From: Camelus ferus
Lineage: Eukaryota
Assembly: GCF_009834535.1 (NCBI RefSeq)
Contig: NC_045696.1
Coordinates: 95,110,001-95,174,000, forward strand
DNA: 64,000 nucleotides
Reading direction: 5' to 3'
How positions within the stretch are numbered: the stretch's first letter is position 1; every line of letters begins with the position of its first letter. Below, piece after piece: positions 1-13,260 of the stretch. Made by a program: the position numbers and the translations under genes. The notes under the pieces were generated by a model. The model made no database searches. It had not been told where the DNA came from and was given only the letters and a program-made list of their open reading frames with translations.

Positions 1-72
1 CAGAGAAAGCATCATATGGTTTGTGAGTAGGTGAATGGGTTTTTCATTTTTTCTGCTTTCCCACCACTACAG

Positions 73-216
73 ATGATCAACGAGATAAGGGAAACTCGTG
101 GTGCCACTCAAAGGTGGAGTGATAGACAGCAACCAGGAGAGGGCGTGCACTCCCCAGGAAAGCCCAGAAATACTGCCCTAGAAAACCAGACATTCAGATA
201 TTTCACAAAACAGTGA
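73..216 (+). CDS. Probable last coding exon of an unidentified gene entering from the left; 3' UTR to ~420
   Basis: Polypyrimidine tract and acceptor (ttttttctgctttcccaccactacag, AG at 71-72). Phase-0 frame is open to TGA 214-216 (MINEIRETRG...ENQTFRYFTKQ*). Three AATAAA follow at 377, 387 and 396. Peptide not recognised and reading frame not certain. Confidence 0.4.
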   Translation: MINEIRETRGATQRWSDRQQPGEGVHSPGKPRNTALENQTFRYFTKQ

Positions 217-262
217 TCTCAGGAGGCCAGAAAACACAGGGATGCTGGGGATATAGAAGATC

Positions 263-280
263 GTGTGTGTGTGTGTGTGT
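263..280. repeat. (GT)n microsatellite
   Basis: Direct reading. Confidence 0.9.
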
Positions 281-376
281 ATTTCATCTGGGAGGATATT
301 TTTGACATGATATATATCATGGTGGCTGAACTGGGTGTCATTTCCTTTTTTTTTTTTCCTATACATACATTCCTGT

Positions 377-401
377 AATAAAGTGTAATAAAGATAATAA
401 A
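377..401 (+). terminator. Triple polyadenylation signal
   Basis: AATAAA at 377-382, 387-392 and 396-401, with T-rich sequence downstream (~430-440). Confidence 0.5.
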
Positions 402-1124
402 GAGATAACTCTAGACTGAAAAGAATTTAATTCTTTTCTTATGAACTTGGATTAATAATACCAATATATGTCCTAGCCTTCCAGGATTTGTGTGAATGGA
501 ATATACTTGCAAAATCATTATTGCTTAAAACTAAAGCCTTGAGGGATTTCTGCAAAGGTGCACTGACAGGAATGTAACCTATGCCCATCTGTGAATTATG
601 CCAGTATTCCTAAACATGTTACCCAAAAAACAGTTCAGAGAAGTGCCAAACAGTGACTGTCCGGCACAGATCTTTCTTCTTCCAGCAGTGACCTACCCAT
701 ACCGCAAAGGCTCCTCGGCCGCAGGTGTAAACTGCACTGCCCTCTGCGTCATGACAGCCTCTCATGGGCTGTGCGTTAATTAGGGCTTTGGTTTAATGGC
801 CAATTCCCCCCCCTACCTTGAGAGCCAGCATCCTCCCTAGGAAGTGGCCACCTGATTGCGCTCCCTTAGCTCAAGGCCCAGACATCTCCTCTCTTCTCTC
901 CCAACCCCCCAGCTCAGTGTTCCTGATCAGGGCTTGGCTTTTTGCTGGCAGGCTGAAGCTGATCTCAACGGAGAGCAGATGCCGGGCAGAACCTGTCAGA
1001 GTCCTCTTTTTGGTTCCCCAAGCACACCTTAGTTTCCACATCACTGCTTATGAAATGGCCACCTTTCGTAAACTCTTAATGGCCGATGTTGGAACATTCA
1101 TTCCAAAAGCACAGCAGTGCCACA

Positions 1125-1635
1125 TCAAGACCTGCACGTGAGTTTTCACAGCAACAGTATTCACAAAAGCCCGAAGTGGAAGCAATCCAAATATCTGCCA
1201 ACTTGGTAAATGTATTTTTTAAATTGTGCTGTGTCTGTGCAGCAGCATACTATTCAGTAATAAAAAGAAGTAAAAAACTACAGGTACATTGTATGCCTCA
1301 AGATGAATCACCCCCAAAAGCATCATACTAAGTGAAAGATGTCAGATACAAATACTCCATATTTTATGATTCCATTTATTTGAAGTGTCCAGACAAAGAA
1401 AGTGTAATGGACAGAAAGCAGATGAGTGGTCGCTCAGGGCGAGGGGTAGGAACAAGGATTGACCATAAAGAAGCATGCAGGAGCTTTCTACAGTGATGGA
1501 AGTGTTCTAAAAGTGAGTTGTGGTGATGGTTATACAACTCTACAAATTTACTAGAATATCAAATTGCATAACTGCAGTAGGTAAATTTTATGTTATATCA
1601 ATTATACCTCAATAAAGCTACTAAAAAATTAAAAA
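1125..1635 (+). mobile_element. L1 3' end (L1MB-like)
   Basis: Typical L1MB 3' UTR text (tatgattccatttatttgaagtgtccag; ttgtggtgatggttatacaactct; attatacctcaataaagct) plus A-rich tail. Confidence 0.85.
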
Positions 1636-2169
1636 GCATGGCAGTTATCCCTCTGGATTCTCTATGGAATAGGTATCCCTTCCCTAGAACAGAGTTCACA
1701 GCATAATCCCAGGTCACCTGATGGCCCAAAGATTAAGGGGACATAGGAGTGTCTAGTGGGTGGGATGCTGGTGTTATTTTGTGCTCTCCCAGGAATTGGT
1801 AGCACCACCTGACAAGTCCACGGGCCTAGTAAGTACACATCTCAGTCCAAAATTTCCTGGATTCAAGAATTACCACATCTCTTTTCTCTATAACCTCAGT
1901 CAGTTTCTATTTTCAACTTTCATCTGCCTGGCTGGTGAAACAATCATCCTCATTGCTTGTTGGAATTCCCTCTTCCTTTCACACCCTTGAGCTAGGCCAC
2001 GGGGCCAAAGCATTGATGGTGGAGGCATCTTCTTGTCCTTGGTCATCAGTTTGCATATTACTGGGGCCCTTTCTGTGCGACCCCTTCAGAAACAACATTT
2101 CTCTGCTGTCTCAGCACAACCTTCAGGCACAGGAATCTTTGCTGAGGTGGCCTGCAGCCCTGCCTGGGC

Positions 2170-2585
2170 TACAGGTTGCAAGTCAGTGGCATGGAGGCTA
2201 CATCTGGCCTACAGATGTGCTTTTTTTGGCCTATGCTATGTTGTAAAAACATCTTAGTCAACTTTTAAAAGTCAGGAGAGTTTCACCAAAAAAAACAGAA
2301 CAAAACTCTGGCCTCTCTGGAACATCAGGCAATCTAGCAGTCAGGGGCCACCTCTCCACGTAGCAGCAATTGCAGGAGCTGAGAAGGGGCTGCCCAGCCA
2401 GTGTTTGCCATAGATCCATCCATCCACCCTCAATGAGCTCCCAGCACTGAGGCAGGGTGCCGCTGACATTATATATATATAATTATATATATAATATTTG
2501 CGAGATTTTTTTGTTTTCCACACCAGGCCCTTGGCAACCTTTTATTTGACCCATCTTTGCCACAGCAGGTGTTTGAGATCCCTGG
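2170..2585 (+). mobile_element. hAT-Charlie MITE (MER102-like)
   Basis: Starts caggttgcaag...catctggcctacagatgtgcttttt, contains ggagctgagaaggggctgccc, ends tttgagatccctg. Confidence 0.65.
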
Positions 2586-3665
2586 TGGGGCTGCACCACG
2601 CAGCCCTCCCTTCCTGATTCCCCAGGCCCACCCTGCAGACTGGACAATCTCTTCTGCTTCCCTTCCCCCTCTCTCCCCCACCGCGGGTGGTTATCTCTTG
2701 CTGGTCTGTGAAAGAACCTTCTTGCTTCTTTTTTCAAAGCCATTTTCCTTTGACTAACCAACTCATTTCTAGCTCTGGGGTTGAGCCTTTTAAAAACCCA
2801 AACCAGGAAATGACTTCTTTTTTTTTTTCAGGCAGCGTGAGTTGTGTCCTTCCCCAGACCTCTCTGGAGATAATGGGAGCAGAATTGGACATTCCTGCCT
2901 GAAAGGGGAAGGGAGAAGAGGAAATATTACGGGAAGTGGGAGCATAGGTTCATATCTCAGAATAGTAGCCCATGGCAGTAACTTGGTTTTCAGGTATCTA
3001 ATTAAAAGATGTATTCGTTGAGTCAAATGGCTCATCGATACTACAAACACATTCCATCATTTATTTGGAGTCAAAGTACAATCTGTTCAGTGAGTTTTGA
3101 TTCCCTGTGCTTGTAATATTGCTGGGCTGTTATACTAGAGGAATGTGTGGTTCTGTAGCTCAGTGCCAGGGCCTCCCTCAAATGGGAAGGATGCTTCAAC
3201 TCAGACCTTGGTCAGGAAGTAGCTCCCCCTATAAACATCAGCTAAGTCACTAGGGTAGCCTTTCCTGTGTGCTGGAGAGCAGACCCAGCTGGCAGAACAG
3301 AACCCAGGCAGGAAAGTGCCAGGCCCCAGTGAATGCTCAAGTCAGAGAGAACTGCGGGAAGCCAAGGAAAGGAACTGCATTCCTGGGGTTAACACTAAAA
3401 AGCAGACTGCCTGGAGGCATTTAGCTGAGCGCACTGGAGAGAAGCAGAGAACTCCTCTGCAGGCTGCACTTGAAGTGAACTCTGAGCATTGACAGATGGG
3501 AAGGCCGAAGGCTCTGTGTAAACAGTTATGAAGGCGCAGAAACAAAGAAGCTTCATCCCAGCACAGAATGTCAGCAGGCCTCACAAAAGGAATCCACAGG
3601 CCCAAGACGGCGCAAAACCAGGATTCCAGGCAGAGTGACCCAATCACTGAGCCACTGATGAGGCT

Positions 3666-3862
3666 CTTTTTTAAAATCAGGGTTTAGTCGATTTACAACA
3701 TTATGTAAGCTTGAGTGATTCACAATTTTTAAAGATTTGTACCCAAGTTATAGTTATTATAAAATATTGGCTACATTCCCTGTGCTGTGCAACATATCCT
3801 TGTAGCTTAATTGTTTTATTCATAGTGGTTCATACCTCTTAATCCCCTACCCCTACCTTGCT
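3666..3862 (-). mobile_element. L1 3' end fragment (L1MA9/cetartiodactyl-like)
   Basis: gtcgatttacaacattatg...attggctacattccctgtgctgtgcaacatatccttgtagc is the antisense L1 3' terminus. Confidence 0.8.
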
Positions 3863-5619
3863 AATAGTTCTTACTCTAGAATTTTCTTCACTGATTCTCC
3901 ATAAATTCTTTGGTAAATTTCACTAACACTAACACAAACAAACAAACAGCATCCCCAGCTACCTAGAGTGAGCAGGGCTCGGTTCAGTTTGGGCTGTACA
4001 CAGCTTCAGAGACCAGAGCACCAACCTTCACCAAGTCCTTAGTTAAATCATTTTTCTGCAGACTGGCTTCTTTACTAGGAAAACCTGAATGATAATTAGG
4101 AGTCACTCAAATATTAATCATTCAGTGATCAAGCTCTAGCTGATAGACAAATGTCATTATTTTCATTTGAATGCAGTTGACACAGAAGCAAACTAAGACT
4201 TAAAAGCAACTTACAGTTCCTGGGAGAGGAAAAAAAAATTCTGTCAAAGACAAATTTGTTGGAAACTTATACTGAGAAACAGCCATCACATGCTTTCATG
4301 ACTGACACTTCCATGGCAATGTCAAATTCAGCAAATTTATGGGTTGTTAAAATAATGTAGAATTCCTGTACTGGCTGATAATAGTCTAAGAGCAATGGTA
4401 TTGAGAAGCAGTGTAGATTAATCAATCAACAAATCAATAGAAATACCAGCGTGCCAACATATTTTTTCCCTTTGAGTACTGAAGCTGAGTTTGAGGGGTG
4501 TGGCCAGATGTAAATCTCCTGTTGTTTATTTCAAAAGTTGGGTGAGGAATGGAAGGCACAGCTCAATTGAAGAAGACCTGTTCTTTCTGCCCTTGGAGTG
4601 ATGCCTCAGAGCCATAGTGCATGTGTTTCTTCCAGTTCAGGCATCAACTGGGAAGACAGCCAATGGCCAAGGACATGAAGATATGATTGGATGGGATATA
4701 TTCCTACATAGTGTATTAACTTTCCTTTGTGTGGGTTTGGAAACTTCTGTTTTATCGGACAGTTTAATCCCTGGTGGAACAAATAAATCTCTGTTGATAA
4801 GAGGAGGCCTGTAAGTATGTATATCCCTGAGTTATCCAGAAAAGCAGACTCTCTAGCAAGTGACCCGGTATCAGTCCCCTTCTGACCCTCCCTCATGATT
4901 GGTCCCTAGGCAGAGAAGCCTCACTTGAGGTTGCCCATTCCTCCCTGTGCCCACCTGCCATGTCGCTTGCCGGGGCCACTTGAAGCTCAGGAGTGACCTG
5001 CCTGAGCCCTGTCCATCGTAGTCCACCTTTTGTACTTTCTATTTTTTCCATATTGTCTGTTCTTTCCCATTTCACTTCTGTTCTATGTACCAACTGGACT
5101 TGAATCAACTGTGCTCTTGCCTTTGCATGAGGTGAAACCAGTTCCTGGCCAGGTACGGGCTGTGGTAATCAGGATGAGACAGTCTAGCCCTTCTCATCCC
5201 CATCCTTATGCCACTCTGCCCTCCCCTGTCCCACTTGTCCTCTGGTTCAGGTGCCCCCAGCACCAGCTCCTGGCGTGTGAACAGCACCTAGGCATAGAGG
5301 CAGCATCGTTATGGTCCAAGGTGGAAGAGTCATGGAGAGGCCAGGAGGCCAGCAAGGGAAAACTGAAAGCTGAGAAGTAGGGCAGTGTGCAAATTCAACC
5401 CCTTCAGTGCATGGCAGGATTCCCAGTAACTAATGACTATAAATTAGATGAAGAATTCACTGGAAGAGGTACAGTCAGAACAGCTCAGAGAGAAGAATCA
5501 TTTAACTAGCCAGAGCCACGTCTAATAACAGTTTGAAATTATTAGAATGATTTGATCAATGGCTTTTGATGCAACTTACATCACTTGTCATATAGTTTTA
5601 AAATATGTATCATTTAGAC

Positions 5620-5795
5620 CTCTGCTATCCAATATGGCAAGCAGTAGCCCAATGAGGCTATTTAAATATAAGTTAATTAAAATTAACTACAATTAAAAAA
5701 TTCAGTTCCTCAGTGGCACTAGTTGGCTAGTGGCTACCATGCTGAATAGCACAGGTGTAGGACATTTCCAGCATCTCAAAAAATTCAGCGTGTTT
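5620..5795. mobile_element. hAT-Charlie MITE (MER3/MER33-like)
   Basis: tgctatccaatatggcaagcagtagcc...aaattcagttcctcagtggcactag...ggctagtggctaccatgctgaatagcacag. Confidence 0.7.
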
Positions 5796-6429
5796 TCCTA
5801 TATTAGGTTACCTCTTCCCTCCACATCGAGTAAACAAGTGTACTGTGTACTGCGTGTACTTCTGACCACTGTGAAGTTTCCCTGCACCGCTGTGGAGGTA
5901 GCTGAGGGCAGTCTGAGCCGCTTATTGACCCAGCCTACTTGTGACTTCTGCTCCTGTTTTGCAAATATGGAATATACTCTTCCCATCTTACAACGGATTG
6001 ATGATACTCCCATGCCACCTTATGACTCTGCAAGTTTGAAAATACTCAGCTTAGGATAAGCAACTCAAGTTTCATAGTCACTTTTACCCACATGAGGAAG
6101 AGTCTTAATTCCTATCAATGTCCATTAGTTTCCAAGGAGCTGTTTTTTCAAGCAGGTATGAGCTCCAGATTCCGAGAGGGCGGTCTACACTGCCGCTCTC
6201 CTATTGGATCTTGCCAGAGACTCCACTTACCTACTGTCTAAACCTCTGGCACCACCAGATCCGCAGGATTACACAACCAAGCGGCCGGGAAGATTGCACC
6301 ACAGCTGACTGTGCTGCAGTCATTCCACTGGGAGCTCGAATCAAAACTAATCTTTTCCCATAATCTGATAAACTGACTGGAGGTGGTTCTCCCAAGGATG
6401 GCATAAGTTGCCTCAAAAAAACCAAATAG

Positions 6430-6476
6430 CTCAATCCCCAGTACTTCCATTAAAATTTTTTTAATTAAATAAAGAA
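6430..6476 (+). mobile_element. 5'-truncated Vic-1-type SINE fragment
   Basis: ctcaatccccagtacttccattaaaa matches the 3' part of the SINE at 44444 (ttcaatccccagtattgccattaaaa). Confidence 0.5.
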
Positions 6477-7329
6477 TAGGCACAACCAAACACTATTTAT
6501 TTTTCTCAACAGAGATCCAAGATACAAAATGCATTCTTTACATTAGAGGAGAATTTCCTGGAATGTCTCAGATCAGTGGTTCACTGAAAAACTTTAAAAC
6601 ATTTCAGGACCTCTGGTATGTATGTATGTGACTAGTGTATCTAGGGTAAATTCTACCTCCTGCTTACCAAGTTTACTTAGCATAATGGTATCAAAATAGT
6701 GGACCAGAATGATATTTTAAGGTAAGTCAAAAGACAACCAAGATTCCTCGCAACTAAATTATGACAGAAAGGAGAGTTAGTATGAAAACCCTGAAGCAAA
6801 ACAGTGAAGGTATCCTGCCCTGCTATTTGAAGAGAACTCTGTCATGTGCTTCCCTACTCAAGGGATGAAGACTGCATTGTCCAACAGCAGCCAGTGACCA
6901 TGTTGATCTGCTCCAGCAGAGATACCACATCTGGCAAAGCTGCTGCAATTGGGCCACCATCTAATTAAATTTGTCTCTTCCTCCCATTACAGTCCTTTTT
7001 CTAACAGACCAGGAAATTAATGTGAGGGTTCTACCAGTAGCTAGGTATTTATCCTAATTATACATTTTAGAACTGGGGAAATAACTGTAGGTTGAGTCCA
7101 CAGATCCATTGACCCTCCAGGGAAATATATTTGAGCCCATTCTCCCTTTATGACCAGCCACCTGTAAGTCCTCATCCCAACCAGAGAACCATGATGACAG
7201 TTTCAGCCCATGTCTAATAACCTTGAAACACATAGCCATTCCTCTTTCGGGCATATACTATTACCCTGCAAAGACCAAGGGACCAGCACAAGCTGTTTGC
7301 AAGCAAGCAAGGTACAAAAACTGAGTCTG

Positions 7330-7570
7330 TATATGTCAGTAATTTATTTTAAAACTCTCTCTATTCTGTAGGTTTATTTATCTGTCTCTCTGCAAGTACT
7401 ACAGTGTCTTCATTGCTATGGCTTTATTCAAATTGTGTTATCTGTTAGAGCAGTTTTCTTTGGAAATGTCTTGAATCTTCTCTACCTTTTCCTCTTTCAT
7501 TTAAGTTTCAAAATCAGCTTGTTTAGTTCCAGGGAAAACCCTCTTATTATTTGGAATGGATTTGACTTCA
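7330..7570 (-). mobile_element. Old L1 ORF2 3' fragment
   Basis: agtactacagtgtcttcattgctatggcttta...tttcaaaatcagcttgtttagttcc is characteristic of antisense L1M. Confidence 0.6.
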
Positions 7571-8989
7571 GGAGAGCCATCATTCATGATTGGGATAGCA
7601 GTTTAAGATTATTGATAGCTACAGAGAGATTTCCTGGGAGTGAGAGTGAATAAAAATTGAAGAGATGGTCTGAGAATGCTTTTCTGACAACAGGCATTTG
7701 TCCCTACAATATTTTTACTGTTCTATAATGAAATTCAAGCTCTTATGTATACAGATCTTTTGAGAAGCCAGTTGATAAAAGGAAGGAATGAGAAGGGAAT
7801 ATAGCTTGGAAATAAAGCTTGACATTTGAAGGAATATATTTTGGTTTTCTTTGCTATTGAGCCAGCAAAATTTGAAGGTACTTACAGATGTAAGTAAAGA
7901 AACCAGCAGAAAGATGGAAAGTAAAGACTGAAGAAGAGAGAGGATGATTGAGGTAGCAACAGTTCAGCAAATGTAAGGTGGAATTCTCTCTCCTCTTTTG
8001 GGTGTGTGTGTGCGCGCGCGCATATGTGTAGTAGATGGAATGTCAAGAGTTCACAATATTGAAGAGGAAAAGTCCTCCAAAAACATCGTCCACAAGGAGT
8101 CTCTTCATCTGTGATTATTCTAATAAAATGGAGGGAAATCATTAGATGTGAGAGACTGAGGAATGGAAGGAGCAAAGAATTGTTGTAGGCAACAGGACCC
8201 ATTTTAAGAGTTTTACTTAAAAGGAAAATGAGATATGACTTGATAGTAGTAGACCTGACTATAGAGAGCATCCAGAGTTAATATTCCTGGCCAGTTTCAT
8301 GACTTTTTATATAATTCCATAAGAGCTGCTTAAATTTCTCTGTATCACTATCATTTTACACATTTTATCTGGGAGGAAAATTTCTCCACTTCATAATTCA
8401 AGAAGGACATTTTTATAAATTAAAGATTAGGTTTCCTTTTAGGAAAAAGTATTAAGAACAGAACAAAAATATTATAATAAGAAATCACTTTCCCTTCAAA
8501 TGCACATTTTTTTGAAATTTAATAATATGATAATGAAAGCAAGTTTTAAAATCAAATGATGTCATAGATGTTCAACAAGGAAAAACATACTAAAAATTGA
8601 ACAGTTTTCTTGCCAGAAGAATGTTTAATTTCACAAGTATAGTCTTAGGAAATTTATGATCTACACTCAGTTGTTTTAAGGTTATCGCTCATGATTTAAT
8701 CTAACTTTAATTTGCTATGTCTGAGAAAGTGTGTGTGTGTGATTCCATAACTTATAAAATTATTTTAATGAAGTAAAAATGATTAAAGTGCAAATAAAGG
8801 AGGTTGTATGTTCTCTTACATTACTAAAAAAAATTTCCAGTGAAATTATGATTATTAATAATCTTACTAGTGTTAGACATGACTACAGGAATGTCAATCT
8901 TAAATGCTATTTCTTTAATCATCTTTGCTTTTAAATGTTTTTGTTCTGTTTTATTTTTTGGCCGGGGGTGATGTTTCACCCTCCCACTT

Positions 8990-9021
8990 ACACACACAAA
9001 CACACACACACACACACACAC
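8990..9021. repeat. (CA)n microsatellite, interrupted
   Basis: Direct reading. Confidence 0.9.
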
Positions 9022-9439
9022 CTTAATGATTTTGTGGCTCTTAGAATAATTTATAAATAAGTTATAAATAACTTTTAATTAAAATACAACTAGTTCCTTC
9101 ACTGTATCTCAGACAGATGAAATCATTTTTCATAAAGTCATTAGTGCTTTACTTAGAAATTATGGTTCCGATACTAATTTGACACTGATGACTTGAGGAA
9201 GTAACAAACCATAACACATTCAGCGTCCTGCTCACTCAATGCGACCAAATTCAGTGGTTGAAAAAATTTTACAAATGTGTGAAAAGGGAAATGAATGCTG
9301 ATTGCTAGATTTTATTATTTAATGTGTAAATGGGGAGTTTGAGAGGCAGCTCTTTGCCATCAGTCTGATGTCATTCAGTAACAAAGTTCCAGAGTTGAAA
9401 TTAATGTCACCAGCTTTTAACTCAACCCATTACACTATA

Positions 9440-12400
9440 ATGAACTGGTTGTATTTGGATAGCTTTCAGAATGGTGGTGTGAGGACCCTCTTCCCAGCAG
9501 AACAACCACAAATGATTAAAACTGTAAAAAACAGTGATTTAAAGTCTCTGGAAATTGTCCTAAGGAAATAGAGAAAATGGTAAAATGTTAATTCAAGAAC
9601 ATACAATCCATCTTTTTAAGAACAGCAGAGTCTGTGGCAATTGAGCCATAATCCACTTTCTCCCACGCCATCAGCTCAGCATCACGGAGACTCTACTCCT
9701 GGTGGGTGCAGTCAACACAGAGCTCCCGCTCCACCTTGCTCTCAGTCTAGAGCGGTGGTGTCTTCCAGGAAAGAGCCTCCTCCAGCAATACTCATCCCCC
9801 CAGTTCCTTGTTCTAGAAGCTCTATTCTAGGAAAGGGTAGTTAGGGAACCTGGGCTCCCTTTCTCCATCCAGTTCCCACTTGTAGGGCAGAAACACTACA
9901 CAGGGCGCCGGTCACTCTTGCCCCAGCTTGCTCACAGGGTGGAGGTGTCACACTGGGATGGTCAAGATGAGAAGACAAAGAGACTATCAGCCTCACCCAG
10001 TATTTCACTTGGATGGCAGGGCTGTCACTCAGAGAGAAGCTGGCCACTGCCTCCGCCTCCACTTCCGTAACAGTGGCACAGAAGTTTTACACAAGGGTGG
10101 TAAGGCAGGCCAGAAAAACAAATAGCTCCATAGCTCTCCCCAAGGGAATTGGCTTTTACCTGAAACAGATCTGGGGACATTTAAGGTACAGGCACTGTTG
10201 AAAATGGGATATTTTGATAGTCAGCAATTAAGAGGCTAGCCATTCCAAGAGAGCAACAAGCTAAGGTGTAGACCAACTAGAAGTTTAACACATAGAACCA
10301 GGAAAAAAGAATGCTAAGAAGAGCCTCCCTGGGGTCAGAACAAACCTCAACTTAATTGAATTGAATTCAATATCTAGGGGCCTGAATTTAATTGAAACAA
10401 ACTGTGGAGCAATTTATGCCTCGGGGTATTGTTGAAAACCATACAGCAATCAGCTGGCAATTAGTGGAGGTAATAGAGGGGCACTATCAACAGAGGGAAA
10501 AAACTTGACAAAGAGAGCAGGGAAAGAGATGAAGGAAGCCCTGATGAAACCACTGTCATCCTGAGTGACTCTGCATCTCCGAGACCGAGCCCTACGAGGG
10601 CCCGCATCAGAGGACATACACTGGGGGGAAAAAGATTTCACTAGAATTCTCTACTTCAACAAAAATGATGAGACATGTAAAGAATCAGGAAAATATGACC
10701 TATATACAGAACAAAAATATGGAGGCAATAGATGTTGCCTTAGAGAGGGCTCAATGATCAAACTTAGCAGACAAAACTTCAAAGAGCTATTATAAAATAT
10801 TCAAAGAACTGAAGGCAACCATGCATACAGAAGTAAAGGTAGATAGGGTAACAATGTCTCATCAAATAGAGAACGTCAAAAAGGAGATGCAAATTGTAAA
10901 AGAAAACCAAATACAAATTCTGGAGATAAAAAGTGAAAAAAAGAACAGTAGATTTAAGCTGACCAAATAGAAAATCAGTGAACTTGAAGATGATTGATAT
11001 AGATTATGCAACCTGAATACACAGAGGAAAAAAAAGACTAAACAAAAAGTGAACAGAGTCTCAGAGAACACAACATACCTAAACTCATGGAATGGACCTG
11101 AAGAGGTGCTTAGAGAGAAATTTATAGCACAAATACTTTAAAAGAATAAATATTTTAAATTAGTAATCTGACTTTTCACCTTAAGACATTTGAATAAGAC
11201 GACCCTAAAGCAAACAGAAGAAAGAGAAGAGTAAGAATTATAATGGAGATTAGCGAAATAGAAGACAGAAAACCAATAGAGAAAATCAGTGGAACAAAAT
11301 GGGTGAAATGATCAATAAAACAGACAAATCTTGAGCTAGATTAACTGGGAAAAAAAGAGGAAAGGCTCAAATGAATGAAGGAGGGAACATCATTACTGAT
11401 CTTACAGAAATAAAAAAGATTTAAAGGAATAATATAAGCAACTGTATATAAACAAATTAGATGGCTTAGTTGATATGAACAAATTCCTAGAAACTGCCAA
11501 AGCTGACAAAAAGAATGAGCAGATGTCAGCAGACATGTAATAAGTAAAAAGAATAAATAAGTTAATTAAAAACTTCCCACAAAGAAGAGAACAAGACCAG
11601 ATGACTTCACTGATAAATTCTACAAAAATGTTTAAACAAGAATAATCACTAATTCTTCACAAAATCTTTCAAAAAATAGAAGATAATATTTCTTAACTCA
11701 TTTTTAAGGCCAATGTTACCTTTACATCAAAATAGGACAAAAATATGACAAAAAGTACAAACCAAAATACCTCTTATGAATACTAATACAAAGATAATCA
11801 ACAAGGTATAACAAATTGATACAGCAGTAATATATAAAAGGGATTATACACTGTACCCAAGTAGAATTTATTTCCGGAATGCAGAGTTGGAATTTATTTC
11901 AGGAATGTAAAAATTATTTAAGGTAATACACTATATCAAGAAATAAAAGGATAAAAATATATGATTATCTCATATGCAAAAAAAGCATCTTCATGATAAA
12001 AAGATTCAATAAAATAGAAATAAAAAGGAACTTCCTCAACCTAGCTTCTATGACAAAAACCCCACAGCTAACATCTTACTTAACAGTGCAAGACCAAATG
12101 CTTTTCCCCTAGGATCAGAAGCAAGGCAAGGATGTTCACTCTCACCTCATTTATTCAGCGTTGCACTGGAGCTTCATGCTAAGAACCTTTAGGCAAGGGA
12201 AATAAATAAAGGCATCCACATTGGAAAGAAAGTCTCAAAACTATTTTTATTTTCAAATGACATTATCTTGTATAGAAATATATTAAAGCCAAAATCCACT
12301 AAAAGCTATTAGAATATTAGAATTAATAAATGAGTTGATATATTAATTAATTAATATAATATTAATATTATGTAATCAACATAAATCCGATCAGCGTATA

Positions 12401-13260
12401 AAATCAACATACAAAAATCAGTTGTATTTCTGTGTACAAAAAAGGAACATTTCAAAAATAAAATTAATAAAAGATTTCAATTTCCAGTAGAATCAAAAAC
12501 AATAGAATACCTAGATGTAAATTGAACAAAAAATAGAATACTCACACACTGAAAACTACAAAACTGATGAAAAATTAGAGTATCTCAATAAGTGAAAATT
12601 CAGGAGACTTAATATTGTTAAAACGGCTAATACTTCCCAAATTGATCAACAGATTCAACATGATGCCTATCAAAACCCCTGTATTCTGTTTTTGCAGAAA
12701 TTGATAAACTCATCCTAAAATTCATGGAGAAATTCAAGAGACCTACAACAGCTAAAACACTCTCAAAGGAAAGAGCAAAGGTTCAGTACTCAGACTTCCC
12801 AATTTTAAAGCTTGGGAGGCTACTCAAGATAGCACGGCAGTGGTGAGAGGATAGACACAGAGATCAATGGAATAGAATTGAGAACCAAAAAATAGACCCT
12901 CACATTTATGATCAATTGATTTTTGAAGGGCACCAAGATGATTTACTGGGGAAAAAATAGTCTTTTTCACATAGAATATCAGGACACTGGATATCCGCGT
13001 GCAGAACTAAGCTGTACCCTTTCCTTATACCACACACACAAAATTGTTCCCCGAAGGCAGACATCAATGTCAGAGCTAAAACTGTAAAACTTAGAGAAGA
13101 AAGCACAAGAGGAATCTTCATGACCTTCCAGGGCAAAGCCCTCTTAGAGGTGCCATCTAAACCACAAGCAACAAAAGGGAAAATAAATCAGTTGGATGTC
13201 ATCAAAATTAATGACAGCATCAAGAAAGTGAAAGGAACACCTTCAAAATAGAAAGTGAAT
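9440..13260 (+). mobile_element. Ancient L1 (L1M4-like) with 5' UTR, partial ORF1 and decayed ORF2; internally deleted and non-coding
   Basis: L1M4-type 5' UTR (tttaaagtctctggaaattgtcctaagg). ORF1 coiled-coil remnant at 10640-11070. Degenerate ORF2 motifs: PDGFTGEFY-like ~11598, RQGCPLSP-like ~12124, LFADDMI-like ~12245, W-rich C-terminal region 12830-13000. Many stops and frameshifts. Confidence 0.9.

Noticed and set aside
23..72. Intron between gtgagt at 23 and the acceptor at 72
   Set aside because: 50 nt is below normal mammalian intron size.
9440..13260. Active or domesticated L1 reverse transcriptase
   Set aside because: Endonuclease deleted, catalytic FADD degenerate (ttttcaaatgac), and no long ORF on the sense strand.
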